The notes below the pieces were generated by a model. It did no database searches, was not told where the DNA came from, and saw nothing but the letters and a program-made list of their open reading frames with translations. A program made the position numbers and the translations under genes. This document shows, in pieces, positions 12,550-22,714 of a stretch of 64,000 bases of DNA (position 1 is the first letter of the stretch; each line of letters starts with the position of its first letter). Source of the DNA: Pristiophorus japonicus (taxonomy: Eukaryota); contig NC_091985.1 in assembly GCF_044704955.1 (NCBI RefSeq), forward strand, positions 6,014,001 to 6,078,000. The letters are read 5' to 3'.

Positions 12550-12710
12550 CCCTCCCCGACCGTGTTCACCCCCTTCCCCCGACTATGTTCACCTCGGGCA
12601 CCCCTTCCTCCCCTCCGACTATGTTCACCTCGGGCACCCCTTCCCCCCCCGACCATGTTCACCTTGCCCCTCCCCCAACCGTGTTCACCTGGGGAACCCT
12701 CCCCCAGACC
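12550..12710. repeat. C-rich minisatellite (~37-bp unit with shorter variants, ~5 copies)
   Basis: Repeated ccgactatgttcacctcgggcaccccttcc. Confidence 0.75.
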
Positions 12711-12894
12711 ACTTACTCACTACTGGGTGTCATTCCCTTGCCACAGTTAAATCCGACCCGATGGTCTTTGTTATCTGACTCCGCCATCTTATTGCTGCTG
12801 TTTTTCAGTCTCTTTGGAGCTTGTCTCTGTTCTGATTTGCCTCTCTCTCCTCATCTTTTGCTTCTCTGTATGTGTGTCTTGCTTCCGGATGAAG

Positions 12895-13150
12895 GGCAGT
12901 GGGGAAGACAGTGAGCAGCATGGTGTGGGAAGGCAGTGAGTAGCATGGTATGGAGCTGTGGGGAAGGCAGTGAGTAGCATGGTATGGGGCAGTGGGGAAG
13001 GCAGTGAGTAGCATGGTATGGGGCTGTGGGGAAGCAGTGAGTAGCATGGTATGGGGCTGTGGGGAAGGCAGTGAGTAGCATGGTATGGGGCTGTGGGGAA
13101 GGCAGTGAGTAGCATGGTATGGGGCAGTGGGGAAGGCAGCGAGTAGCGTG
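12895..13150. repeat. 34-bp minisatellite (~7 copies)
   Basis: Unit gggaaggcagtgagtagcatggtatggggctgtg. Confidence 0.9.
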
Positions 13151-13214
13151 GCAGGGTGCTGTTATGTTTGACCATGAACCACCTTGCCCCCATCAGTACC
13201 CCTCCCCTTTGTTA

Positions 13215-13410
13215 TGATCTGGAGTGCACTGCCTGAAAGGGCGGTGGAACCAGATTCAACAGCCACTTTCCAAAGGAAGTTGGATAAATACTTGAAAAGG
13301 AAAATTCTGCAGGGCTGTGGGGAGAGAGCAGGGGATGGGAGTAATTGAATGGCTCTTGCAAAGGGCCAGCACAGGTACCATGGGCCGAATGGCCGTATCC
13401 TGTGTATGTT
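13215..13410 (+). mobile_element. Old CR1 3' end
   Basis: IWSALPE..VE..S...FQRKLDKYL followed by atgggccgaatggcc..tcctgtgt 3' UTR. Confidence 0.65.
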
Positions 13411-14072
13411 TCTATCTGAGACCCAATTAAACCAAAGACCAGGAGCCAGGTTTACAACTTTATAATTGCTAAATTCAACGAGATGAGGGAAGGATTGAGA
13501 CAAATGGATTGGAGGATTGACCCTGATTCAGAAACCATCATTCTAATTGGTCAAGTGGCTGCCAATGTGGAACTAAAGGAGGGGCGGTGGACAAGGGAAG
13601 ACACATATAATGGAACTTTGAAAAGATAAATTGCAGATAGTGAGCAATTGAAATAGCTGTTCCAATGGGAGTTTGTTAGCTGCCAAGTTCGGGGGGAATG
13701 GAGTGAGCCAATGGTACCTACTGAAGGGAGTCACTGTTGTACATCCCTGTGCTGTGAAGGGATTCTCTCTTTAAATAACACATTTATTGTATTGGGAATG
13801 GAAAGATCTCCTGCTGAAACTGCTCCCCTTTATTTACTGTATCGCTCAGCTTTTCAGAACAAATTAAAAATCAGATTTGACCACAGGTTAAACAGCAGCA
13901 TGACCAGTGTTTCAGTCTTCCCATTCTACTCGCACTCTGGGTTTTCTATAAGTCTTTTATTTATTTTATTTCTCCCATTGGGCCTCCGTTTGTCTTCTGC
14001 ACATATCACTTCTGGCCTTTAACCTTTTCCAGATCCCCACCGGAGCACTTCACAGGTCATTCTCTGTAGCCT

Positions 14073-14280
14073 TTAACCCGGAGTGGGTCTTGGGGAGTGA
14101 TCTCTGCACCTCCCGGGCCTTGTATAAATACCGCTGGTCCATTTGAACCCGGAGTGGGTCTTGGGGAGTGATCTCTGCACCTCCCGTGTCTGTATAAATA
14201 CTGCCGGTCGATTTTAACCCAGAGTGGGTCTTGGGGAGTGGTCTTTGTGCACCTCCCGGGTCTGTATAAACACTGCCACC
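14073..14280. repeat. ~70-bp tandem repeat (3 copies)
   Basis: aacccggagtgggtcttggggagtgatctctgcacctcccg..tgtataaata at ~14075, ~14145 and ~14216. Confidence 0.85.
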
Positions 14281-14674
14281 CACTCCAGGCTGGGGAGAGG
14301 GCACAGAGTGTCTGCTGGAGGTGAAGATCCGGTGGCCCCTGGCAGCCCGACAACTTCCAGGTAAGTTGGGGGAGTGGGTTGGAGTTTGGGGCAAGGGAGG
14401 TTTGTGGCCGCATAAAGGAGATGTTTTGACTTGCCTTGGAGGGCCTCCCCTTCCTCCCCTAGCTGCAGACCTTCTATAGCCAGGCGGGAGAGTCACAGAC
14501 CCGTTAAAATGCATCAAACCACGAGGCTCCCCCTGCATTAGGTAACTGCCTCATCCACCTGCAGAACCCTGCAGCTTAATAGCGGACATGCAGGGAAAAG
14601 GCCGAGCTCTGAGCGGCTCAGTAACTTGCGGGGGGAACTGTGGGTTCAGCGGATGCAGCCAAGATCTTTCAAGG

Positions 14675-15188
14675 TGTAGAGTGTTTTGTGTGCCTCGTGT
14701 GTCTATGACTCCCTTGAGTCGACCCGTGCTTTAAAACTCCCCGGTTCGGGTTGTTTCCCTTTGGATGGCAGGAGCTTTTGCCAATTGTTCCTGCCTAGTC
14801 CGTCGATGAGCGGATAATCCCACAGAGAGAGAGAGAGAGAGAGAGACCAAGGTTAGATAGGTCTTCTCCTATGCCCGTGCGCAGCGTCCCCAGCGGGATT
14901 ACTGTGTAACTCAGTCGTGAGCAGATGCCACCCGGTTGGTCTTCCGAATTATACCGCGAACCACAAGCCTCACAACTCCCAAGTTCGGACCCAAGGTGTT
15001 ACTATGGATAGATTATAATTGACTCAGACAAAAACAAAATGGTTCAGGTTGGTCAAAGATCGATTCCTTTTATTGCACTCACAAAATGACAATCCCTACT
15101 CCTCTCGCTTACGGCTTAAAGAGTAGGAGACTGTGGACACTAGCTTAAAACCTTACATTAAATATCCACCCTGTCGGTTACGCTGAAC
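14675..15188 (-). mobile_element. Putative 3' LTR remnant of the env-bearing LTR element
   Basis: Lies downstream of the env/accessory region on the same strand. Minus-strand AATAAA at ~15069-15074 and minus-strand end ...ctctaCA at 14675. No second LTR is available to confirm. Confidence 0.4.
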
Positions 15189-15510
15189 CATAGAAATATA
15201 GAAAATAGGTGCAGGAGTAGGCCCTTCGAGCCTGGACCACCATTCAATATGATCATGGCTGATCATGCAACTCCAGTACCCCATTCCTGCTTTCATTCCA
15301 TACCCCTTGATCCCTTTAGCCATAAGGGCCATATCTAACTCCCTTTTGAATGTATCTAACGAACTGGCCTCAACAACTTTCTGTGGTAGAGAATTCCACA
15401 GGTTCACAATTCTCCGAAGAAGAAGTTTCTCCTCTTCTCGGTCCTAAATGGCTTACCCCTTATCATTAGACTGTGACCCCTGGTTCTGGACTTTCCCAAC
15501 ATCGGGAACA
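15189..15510 (-). mobile_element. CR1 3' fragment
   Basis: NLWNSLPQKVVEA..GIKGYG and tail. Confidence 0.9.
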
Positions 15511-15517
15511 ACCCCCT

Positions 15518-16210
15518 TCCAGGACAGAGACGTCACCAAGAAGACCAACGAGCATCTCTGAGACCATGGTAACCAGGAATCACCCAGCCAGTTTTGCGTA
15601 TTATACGGGTTATAAGGATGCTGAACGAGGGGGATTCAGTGGCTTACTTTTCTCTACTATCTGGAATGGGGTTCCCCGCATGGATATGCATCCATCAACT
15701 CTCCAGGAACACCCTAAAGTCTAAATAATGGAAACCCTTCTAACTAAACCCCTCTCCCGGTTTGGTCAGAACCCACACTTGGAAGCCTCCTCACACACAC
15801 ACGTGTTAGCCTGCATCTTGGACACTTGCAGTTCCTCAGCAGCCAAACACACTGGTGGTCTTGGGGATTTCCAGAGGTGTATGCTGGATATAATTACCAG
15901 CCCTTGTTGCTGATTCACGCGGTCCCAGGCCCGTTCGACTCTAAAGGCAAAACCGTTCCTAACAGAGGAATGCGATGAGGCCTAGAGAGTTACGTTCAAG
16001 TGGTACTCACTTCGGGTGTTCCTGGAGAGTTGATGGATGCATATCCATGCGGGGAATCCCGTTCCAGATAGTAGAGAAAAGTAAGCCACTGAATCCCCCT
16101 CGTTCAGCATCTTTATACCCCGTATAATACACAAAACTGGCTGGGTGATTCCTGGTTACCATGGTCACAGAGATGCTCGTTGGTTTTCTTGGTGACGTCT
16201 CTGTCCTGGA
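15518..16210. repeat. 197-bp inverted repeat (arms 15518-15714 and 16014-16210, ~300-bp spacer)
   Basis: The arms are near-identical reverse complements; the same peptide SRTETSPR.PTSIS.TMVTRNHPASF..YTGYKDAERGGFSG appears on both strands in the ORF track. Confidence 0.92.
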
Positions 16211-16429
16211 TTGGTTAATTCGATGAAAACAATGGTAGACCATATCTGTATGTGAGCAGTTCTCGAAGTGCTAACTGTTGAGTTCTTCACTGCTCCTTCA
16301 TTGAAATAGTCCAGAGGTGTTACATTTGGCCTGCAAACCTCATTGTCCATCCAGACATCCCGGCCCCATGGATAAAAGCTGTTTTTCCACAAATCACACA
16401 AAGTTTGAAATGAAAAGGCCTCTGCTTTT

Positions 16430-18365
16430 CATAACATAAGAACATAAGAAATAGGGACTCGACTAGGCCATATGGCCCCTCGAGCCTGCTCCACCATTCA
16501 ATAAGATCATGGCTTATCTGAACATGGACTCAGTTCCACTTCCCTGCCCACTCCCCATAACCCCCTTATCACCTTATCGTTTAAGAAACTGTCTATTTCT
16601 GTCTTAAATTTATTCAATATCCCGGCTTCCACAGCTCTCTGAGGCAGCGAATTCCACAGATTTACAACCCTCTGAGAGAAGAAATTTCTCCTCATCTCTG
16701 TTTTAAATGGGCGGCCCCTTATTCTAAGATCATGCCCTCTAGTTCTAGTCTCCCCCATCAGTGGAAACATCCTCTATGCATCCACCTTGTTAAGCCCCCT
16801 CATAATCTTGTACATTTCAATAAGATCACCTCTCATTCTTCTGAACTCCAATGAGTAGAGGCCCAACCTACTCAACCCTTCCTCATAAGTCAACCCTCTC
16901 ATCCCCGGAATCAACCTAGTGAACCTTCTCTGAACTGCCTCCAAAGCAAGTATATCCTTGCACCAATACCTTTTATAACTGTAGCAAGACTTCCCTGCTT
17001 TTATACTCCATCCCCTTTGCAATAAAGGCCAAGATACCATTGGCCTTCCTGATCACTTGCTGTACCTGCATACTATCCTTTTGCGTTTCATGCACAAGTA
17101 CCCGAAGGTCCCACTGTATTGCGACACTTTGCAATCTTTCTCCATTTAAATAATAACTTGCTCTTTGATTTATTGCCAAAGTGCATGACCTCACACTTTC
17201 CAACATTATACTCCATCTGCCAAATTTTTGCCCACTCACTTAGCCTGTCTATGTCCTTTTGCAGATTTTTTGTGTCCTCCTTGTTAGCGTTAGTGTTTTC
17301 TCTGAAGAATCACTCAACACTCAGAGTCGGTTCCAACGCCTGGCGGCCTTTTATAACGCTCAGCGGGGAGGAAAAACTCAGGACCGTATCCAGGTTTCTC
17401 TCCACAGAACAAAGAGTTACATGTACCTTTATATGTTTCACAACAGTTACAAAACAGTTTACTACAGTTACACAGCCCATCACGGCTGGACACAAGCCAA
17501 TCACAACGATTATAGATTACATATAGGTTCTTTTAACCCAATAGAATTCTCCTAGTATCCAGGGAACCATTGTCAACTTGGGCTGATCGATGACTTTATA
17601 TGTTCTCTCCCTAGTTCTTTCATCTGGGAGAAATAATTGGTTTGTAGCCTTGTTTACAGCAAATGGTTTCCCTCTTATCTTTCTTCCTGGGGAATTAATT
17701 GGTTTATGGCCTTGTTCACAGGAGATGGTTTCCTTCTTATCTCTGTCTTCCCTCATCCCAGGCATTCCTACAGTGGGCCTCACAGGGTTATTGCTCGGTC
17801 AGTGAACGTTCAACAGTTCACAGTTTGACTACCTGGTTTCCCATCATGCCTGGGCAGCCATTTTATGTGTGTGTCCATTTAAGCTTATGTGAGTTTTAAA
17901 TATCCAGCAGGTGCCTAATGCCTAAGTCTATATATATCTTTCTACTCTCTACAACATCCTCACACATTGCTTTTCCTCCCATCTTTGTATCATCAGCTAA
18001 CTTGGCTACGTTACACTCAGTCCCTTCATCCAAGTCGTTAATATAGATTGTAAATAGTTGGTGTCCCAGCACTGATCACTGCAGCACCCCACTAGTTACT
18101 GGTTGCCAACCCGAGAATGAACCATTTATCCCGACTCTGTTTTCTGTTAGTTAGCTAATCTTTTATCCATGCTAATATATTACACATCAACCCCGTGAAC
18201 CTTTATCTTGTGGGGTAGCCTTTTATGTGGCACTTTGTCAAATGCCTTCTGGAAGTCCAGATATACCACATCCACTGGTTCCCCTTTATCCACCCTGGAT
18301 ACATCCTCAAAGAACCCCAGCAAATTTGTTAAACATGATTTCCCCTTCATAAATCCATGCTGACT
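16430..18365 (-). mobile_element. CR1 LINE (second subfamily, (ttcttatg)n tail) inserted in the LTR element and interrupted by a solo LTR
   Basis: SQHGFMKGKSCLTNLL...DFQKAFDKVPH, RRMRGDLIE, cataagaacataagaa tail. Confidence 0.93.
17282..17956 (-). mobile_element. Solo LTR, family A (675 bp)
   Basis: Ends TGTTAG...ACAACA; 4-bp TSD tcct (17278-17281, 17957-17960); minus-strand TATA-like and polyA-like signals; near-identical copy at 36458-37155. Confidence 0.9.
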
Positions 18366-19058
18366 CGACAGCGTTGAGACTGGTCCCATGGCAACCCAAA
18401 AGACAGACAGCTCCTGCTCCTTCATGGAAACCAAAAATCAGTCCTTTTTTAAAGTCCAAATGTCCAAACTCCATTTTGAAATGCCGCCCATGTGTGTCTC
18501 CAGTTTAAAAGGGTACAGATCCATTTTAAAAGTCCAAAAATCCTTCCAGCCCATACACACACTGATGTTGGCACCGGCCAAATCCTACACCCATCTGTGA
18601 TAATAACATCGCCAAACCTACGGCAGAATTATCACGCAACCGGATGTGTGTATGGAGGCCGCAGTATGTCTTCAGACCAAACCATAACTACGTTTCCGGG
18701 AGTTTCCTAAACTAAAAGAAATAGTTCCCCGGAAAGTCCAATGTCCCCAAATCTTTAAAACTCGTTAGAAGGTGGAGGCAGAAAAACCTGCTTCCCTGAG
18801 TAATTCATAACAATACAAGGGAAAAAGTAAGTCATTTTTCCCCACAGCATTTCTCAGAAATGAACTTAAGGTGGATACCCTCTCCCACAGCCGCTAATTC
18901 TAATTACACTCGACGACCAGGCTTCGGGCACCATTGTACATTCCCGTAAACGAATTAAAGCCCGCGCACCATACCCGACGCAACATATACAACAGACTGG
19001 GTTGGCCCCGCCGGCCAACCAGAAACGCACACATCCGACAGTACACAGCACAACATAT

Positions 19059-22000
19059 TTATAGCAATGGTGAAGCAGCTTGTGAACTCCGGCGCTGATA
19101 ATGCAGCAGTCTCAGCCACCAATCTCCAACTGCCTTTCCTCGTTGCCTGCAGGTCACGTAAAGCAAGTACAATGTTATGACGCACTGTACAATCACCACA
19201 ACGTGAGAGACTACTCGAATCCACAGTGGGATTTCTATGATGAGCCCAACATTCCACCATGGAGCAGACACCAGCTGAGTGACCTCTTCCTCGATCTCCC
19301 CGTTGCGTTGTTCCAAAGTGTAAAAGTGCTTTTGTGACAATTCCAACTTCTTTAGCAGCTTTGTGAGATGTTCCGGCAGAGGTGGAATGTCATACCCGAA
19401 CTGCGTTACATATTTGTATACATTAGTCACAGAATCATTTACGGTAAGATGCACCGTGGCAGGCTCTGTGATGGGGAAAATCCATTCCTGAGCAAACCTC
19501 CGTGTGGGGTTTAAAGCAGAAGGTCAGGTCGGGAACTGGATACCAGGTCTCATTGTGGACCCTGTACTGAGTCACACTGGTCGTGATACAGTATGTCCCC
19601 CTGTCTGTATACGCCACCTGAGATGGAACGTGGCTCTGGGCCATCACCTCCATTGTACAATTAATGGCCTCCACACCCTCTGATTCAAACCCGGACATGG
19701 GTCGGTTGAACGAGTTTAATCTCTGGGGACAGAGTACAATGTGTGCTCCCCGGTGTTGGCACCCATTAAGGTCTGTGCTTGCAATCGTGGACCAACATTT
19801 AACAATGAATAGCAGAGCCCCATGGTGCTGCACGTGTACTACATCCCTTATCACCGCAATATTTTGCACCCGGTATACTGGAGCTGGCTGCAGTAAACCG
19901 CTCATCATCAGCATCCTAAGCACAATCCCCATCATAGTAAACCGGCAACAATCAACCAGGACCCGGGTACGCCTCTGAGGCCAATCGGAATTGGCATTGG
20001 CTCATCGGCCCCTTGTATGGGCTGAACGCGGTGAGGTGCCTGTTGCTGACCCATGAAGGAACACGACCTTGCTGAAGGTCCTCCAAATTAATGCATCCTT
20101 CATTTAGCAACCAAGCTCAATGCAACCCACACGCATCATTTCGTGCTGCCTGAATTGAGGCATTTCGATTTTCACGAATCAGACTGTTGATATTCTGAGC
20201 ATGGGTCTCCAGCTCTGCTTTGAGCTCCTTTAGGTGAATGGTCATGGCCTGGTGTTCCCGCAACTCCGACCCCTCTATGGCGTTATCCTCTCCTAGTATC
20301 TTTTGCAGTTGGTCCCTTAAGGTATTTTCCTGCATTTGCAACTGAGCATCATCCATACTGTTAATAAAAGATGTGCCAGTGCTGAAGACCATTGCTGCAT
20401 CATTCACCAGCCCTGTCTTATACCTCCCCGAACCCCCACGATGTACATCGTATTAACCATCCCAATCCTCGCCACCGTTACTCAATTCATAAAACTTTCT
20501 AAACATTTCCTTGAGCAGTCCTTCATACAAACGTTCTGTTTCCGTCGGATACCACCGTGGCATTTTTCCCTGGGTCAAGTTTAAAATCACTGAGGCGACC
20601 GAGTAGTGTATATCGTGGTATAAGATCTTAACGGTGGGGACTAATACTAAACCATTTCTAGGCCCAGGGGTTGTGGTGGGGCATCTAACCTCCGCCTCCT
20701 GTATCGGTGGGGCTGTAGGAAGGGGCTCTACCTGTGTGCGAGCAACTCTGTGGAATTTACGGTATCTGGATGGTCTGGGATCACACAGGAGTCCATACTC
20801 CGTCCCCAACCGATCCTGGTCCGGGAGTCTTGCCACCGTCGCGAAAACGCGACCGACACGCCTGTCAGGCAGACCTGTTCAGATCTCCACATACACACAC
20901 AAATTCCTTCCTCTCCTTTCCACCAATTGTGCCAGCACACTTATACGCTCCCCTTCGTCCCCGTAATCTGATAGTACATATCGTTCTCCAGCCATTCTCA
21001 GTCTGCGGATCTATTGCCCTTATCTTGGCTCAATTTCCTGAGCCACCACCACCGTCCCAGGCATATGTGTCCCTCGTGCCACAAGTATACACGCCTCCCC
21101 TCGATCACCCTAACCCGTGTGACTGTGAGTTGCAGCTCGGGGCACGGTATGGAAGCTTCACCATACGTGAAATCCTTGCTGCTGGAGTACTGCGTGGAAT
21201 TGGACCCCAGCCACCACAGGCATCTTCTCTCATGGAAACACCATCAGTAACTAGTGGGGTACCACAAGGTTCTGTGCTGGGGCCCCAGCTGTTTACATTG
21301 TACATTAATGATTTAGACGAGGGGATTAAATGTAGATTCTCCAAATTTGCGGATGACACTAAGTTGGGTGGCAGTGTGAGCTGCGAGGAGGATGGCGGGA
21401 CTGACCTATCAAGAAAGACTGGATCAACTGGGCTTGTATTCACTGGAGTTCAGAAGAATGAGAGGGGTCCTCATAGAAACATTTAAAATTCTGACGGGGT
21501 TAGACAGGTTAGATGCAGGAAGAATGTTCCCAATGTTGGGGAAGTCCAGAACCAGGGGTCACAGTCTGAGGATAAGGGGTAAGCCATTTAGGACCGAGAT
21601 GAGGAGAAACTTCTTCACCCAGAGAGTGGTGAACCTGTGGAATTCTCTACCACAGAAAGTAGTTGAGGCCAATTCACTAAATATATTCAAAAAGGAGTTA
21701 GATGTAGTCCTTACTACTAGGGGGATCAAGGGGTATGGTGAGAAAGCAGGAATGGGGTACTGAAGTTGCATGTTCAGCCATGAACTCATTGAATGGCGGT
21801 GCAGATTGAAGGGCCGAATGGCCTATTCCTGCACCTATTTTCAATGTTTCTATGTAACCCCATTCCTACCCCCTTGTGCCACGGTGGGTCCTTTGCCTCC
21901 TGTGCACCCATAGAGGAAGAATTCCTTGGTGTACTCTCTATGCTGTGTGGCCTGAATATTCTCACAAGTACTGTCACTGAGAACACATTCATCTTTCTTC

Positions 22001-22239
22001 CCTCTCTTAAGAAAACCTGCACAACAAACAACCAAACAATTCCGCCCTGTGTGAGGGTGTTTCTCCTCCACAGATCCGAAGGTTAACAAAACAAAACACA
22101 ACAAGCAAAACACCCGCAAACACAACCTTAAAGAACAGAAAATGTACAAAGTTGGGCCTACTGGCCCCAGCCCAAGAGAGCCCCATGACCTACATCCGCG
22201 GGGCCTCTTGCGGCTGACTGGGGGTGAGTAAGGTGGCAT
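19059..22239 (-). pseudogene. env: Envelope/fusion glycoprotein gene of an endogenous LTR element (paramyxo/pneumovirus F-like layout, lokiretrovirus-like)
   Basis: Hydrophobic signal-like stretch LYIFCSLRLCLRVFCLLCFVLLTFGS; PGPRNGLVLVPTVKILY..VILNL; degenerate furin site RYKT/GLVNDAAMVFSTGTS (20414-20425); heptad-rich segment; LEDLQQGRVPSW; Cys-rich block; second heptad region; TM IPLWIRVVSHVVVIVQCVITLYLLYV (~19155-19232). Several frameshifts and stops, plus a CR1 insertion. Confidence 0.75.
21247..21853 (+). mobile_element. CR1 fragment with internal deletion, inserted in env
   Basis: [12 protein letters not shown]...KFADDTK...CEED joined through ggatg microhomology to [10 protein letters not shown]; tail at 21853. 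Confidence 0.92.
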
Positions 22240-22399
22240 CCACGACGCCCTTGGCTGCCGGACTGAACTGCTCCTGCTACCGGATCCTCCGGTAGTGGGT
22301 CATCCTCACCCCACATCCAGGGATGGAGACTCGTCTCAATCATGCTCATAATTGTACCCTTGTGGCGCTTGGCCTGCGTGGTTCCCTGCTCGGGCTTAA

Positions 22400-22714
22400 A
22401 CAGCTTGCACGAATTCATGTGGAACCACTTCGTGCACCTAGGGAGTTTTATGGCATAGACCATAGGACTGGCTTTGTCCACAATCGCATATGATCCCATG
22501 AATTAAGGCTCAAACCCCTACCCGAGCATAGTTACAGACCATGACCTGATCCCCTATCTCCAATTTGTGTGTGTGCTGAGGCTCTAAAAGCAATTTGTTC
22601 TGGCGATGTTGTATCCCCAAGTTGTGGGCTGCCCGCCCAAAAATCTGTTTTCAGTTCATGTACAAGTTCTGAACTTGTCCCGGTCGACCTCCTGGTGCTG
22701 AGACTTGGTGAGGG
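22400..22714 (-). pseudogene. Integrase C-terminal (GPY/F) remnant of the LTR element pol
   Basis: ..EIGDQVMV...FMGSYAIVDKASPMVYAIKLPRCTKWFHMNSCKLF matches the GPY/F-type integrase C-terminus and lies immediately upstream of env. The rest of pol and gag are not seen. Confidence 0.7.
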
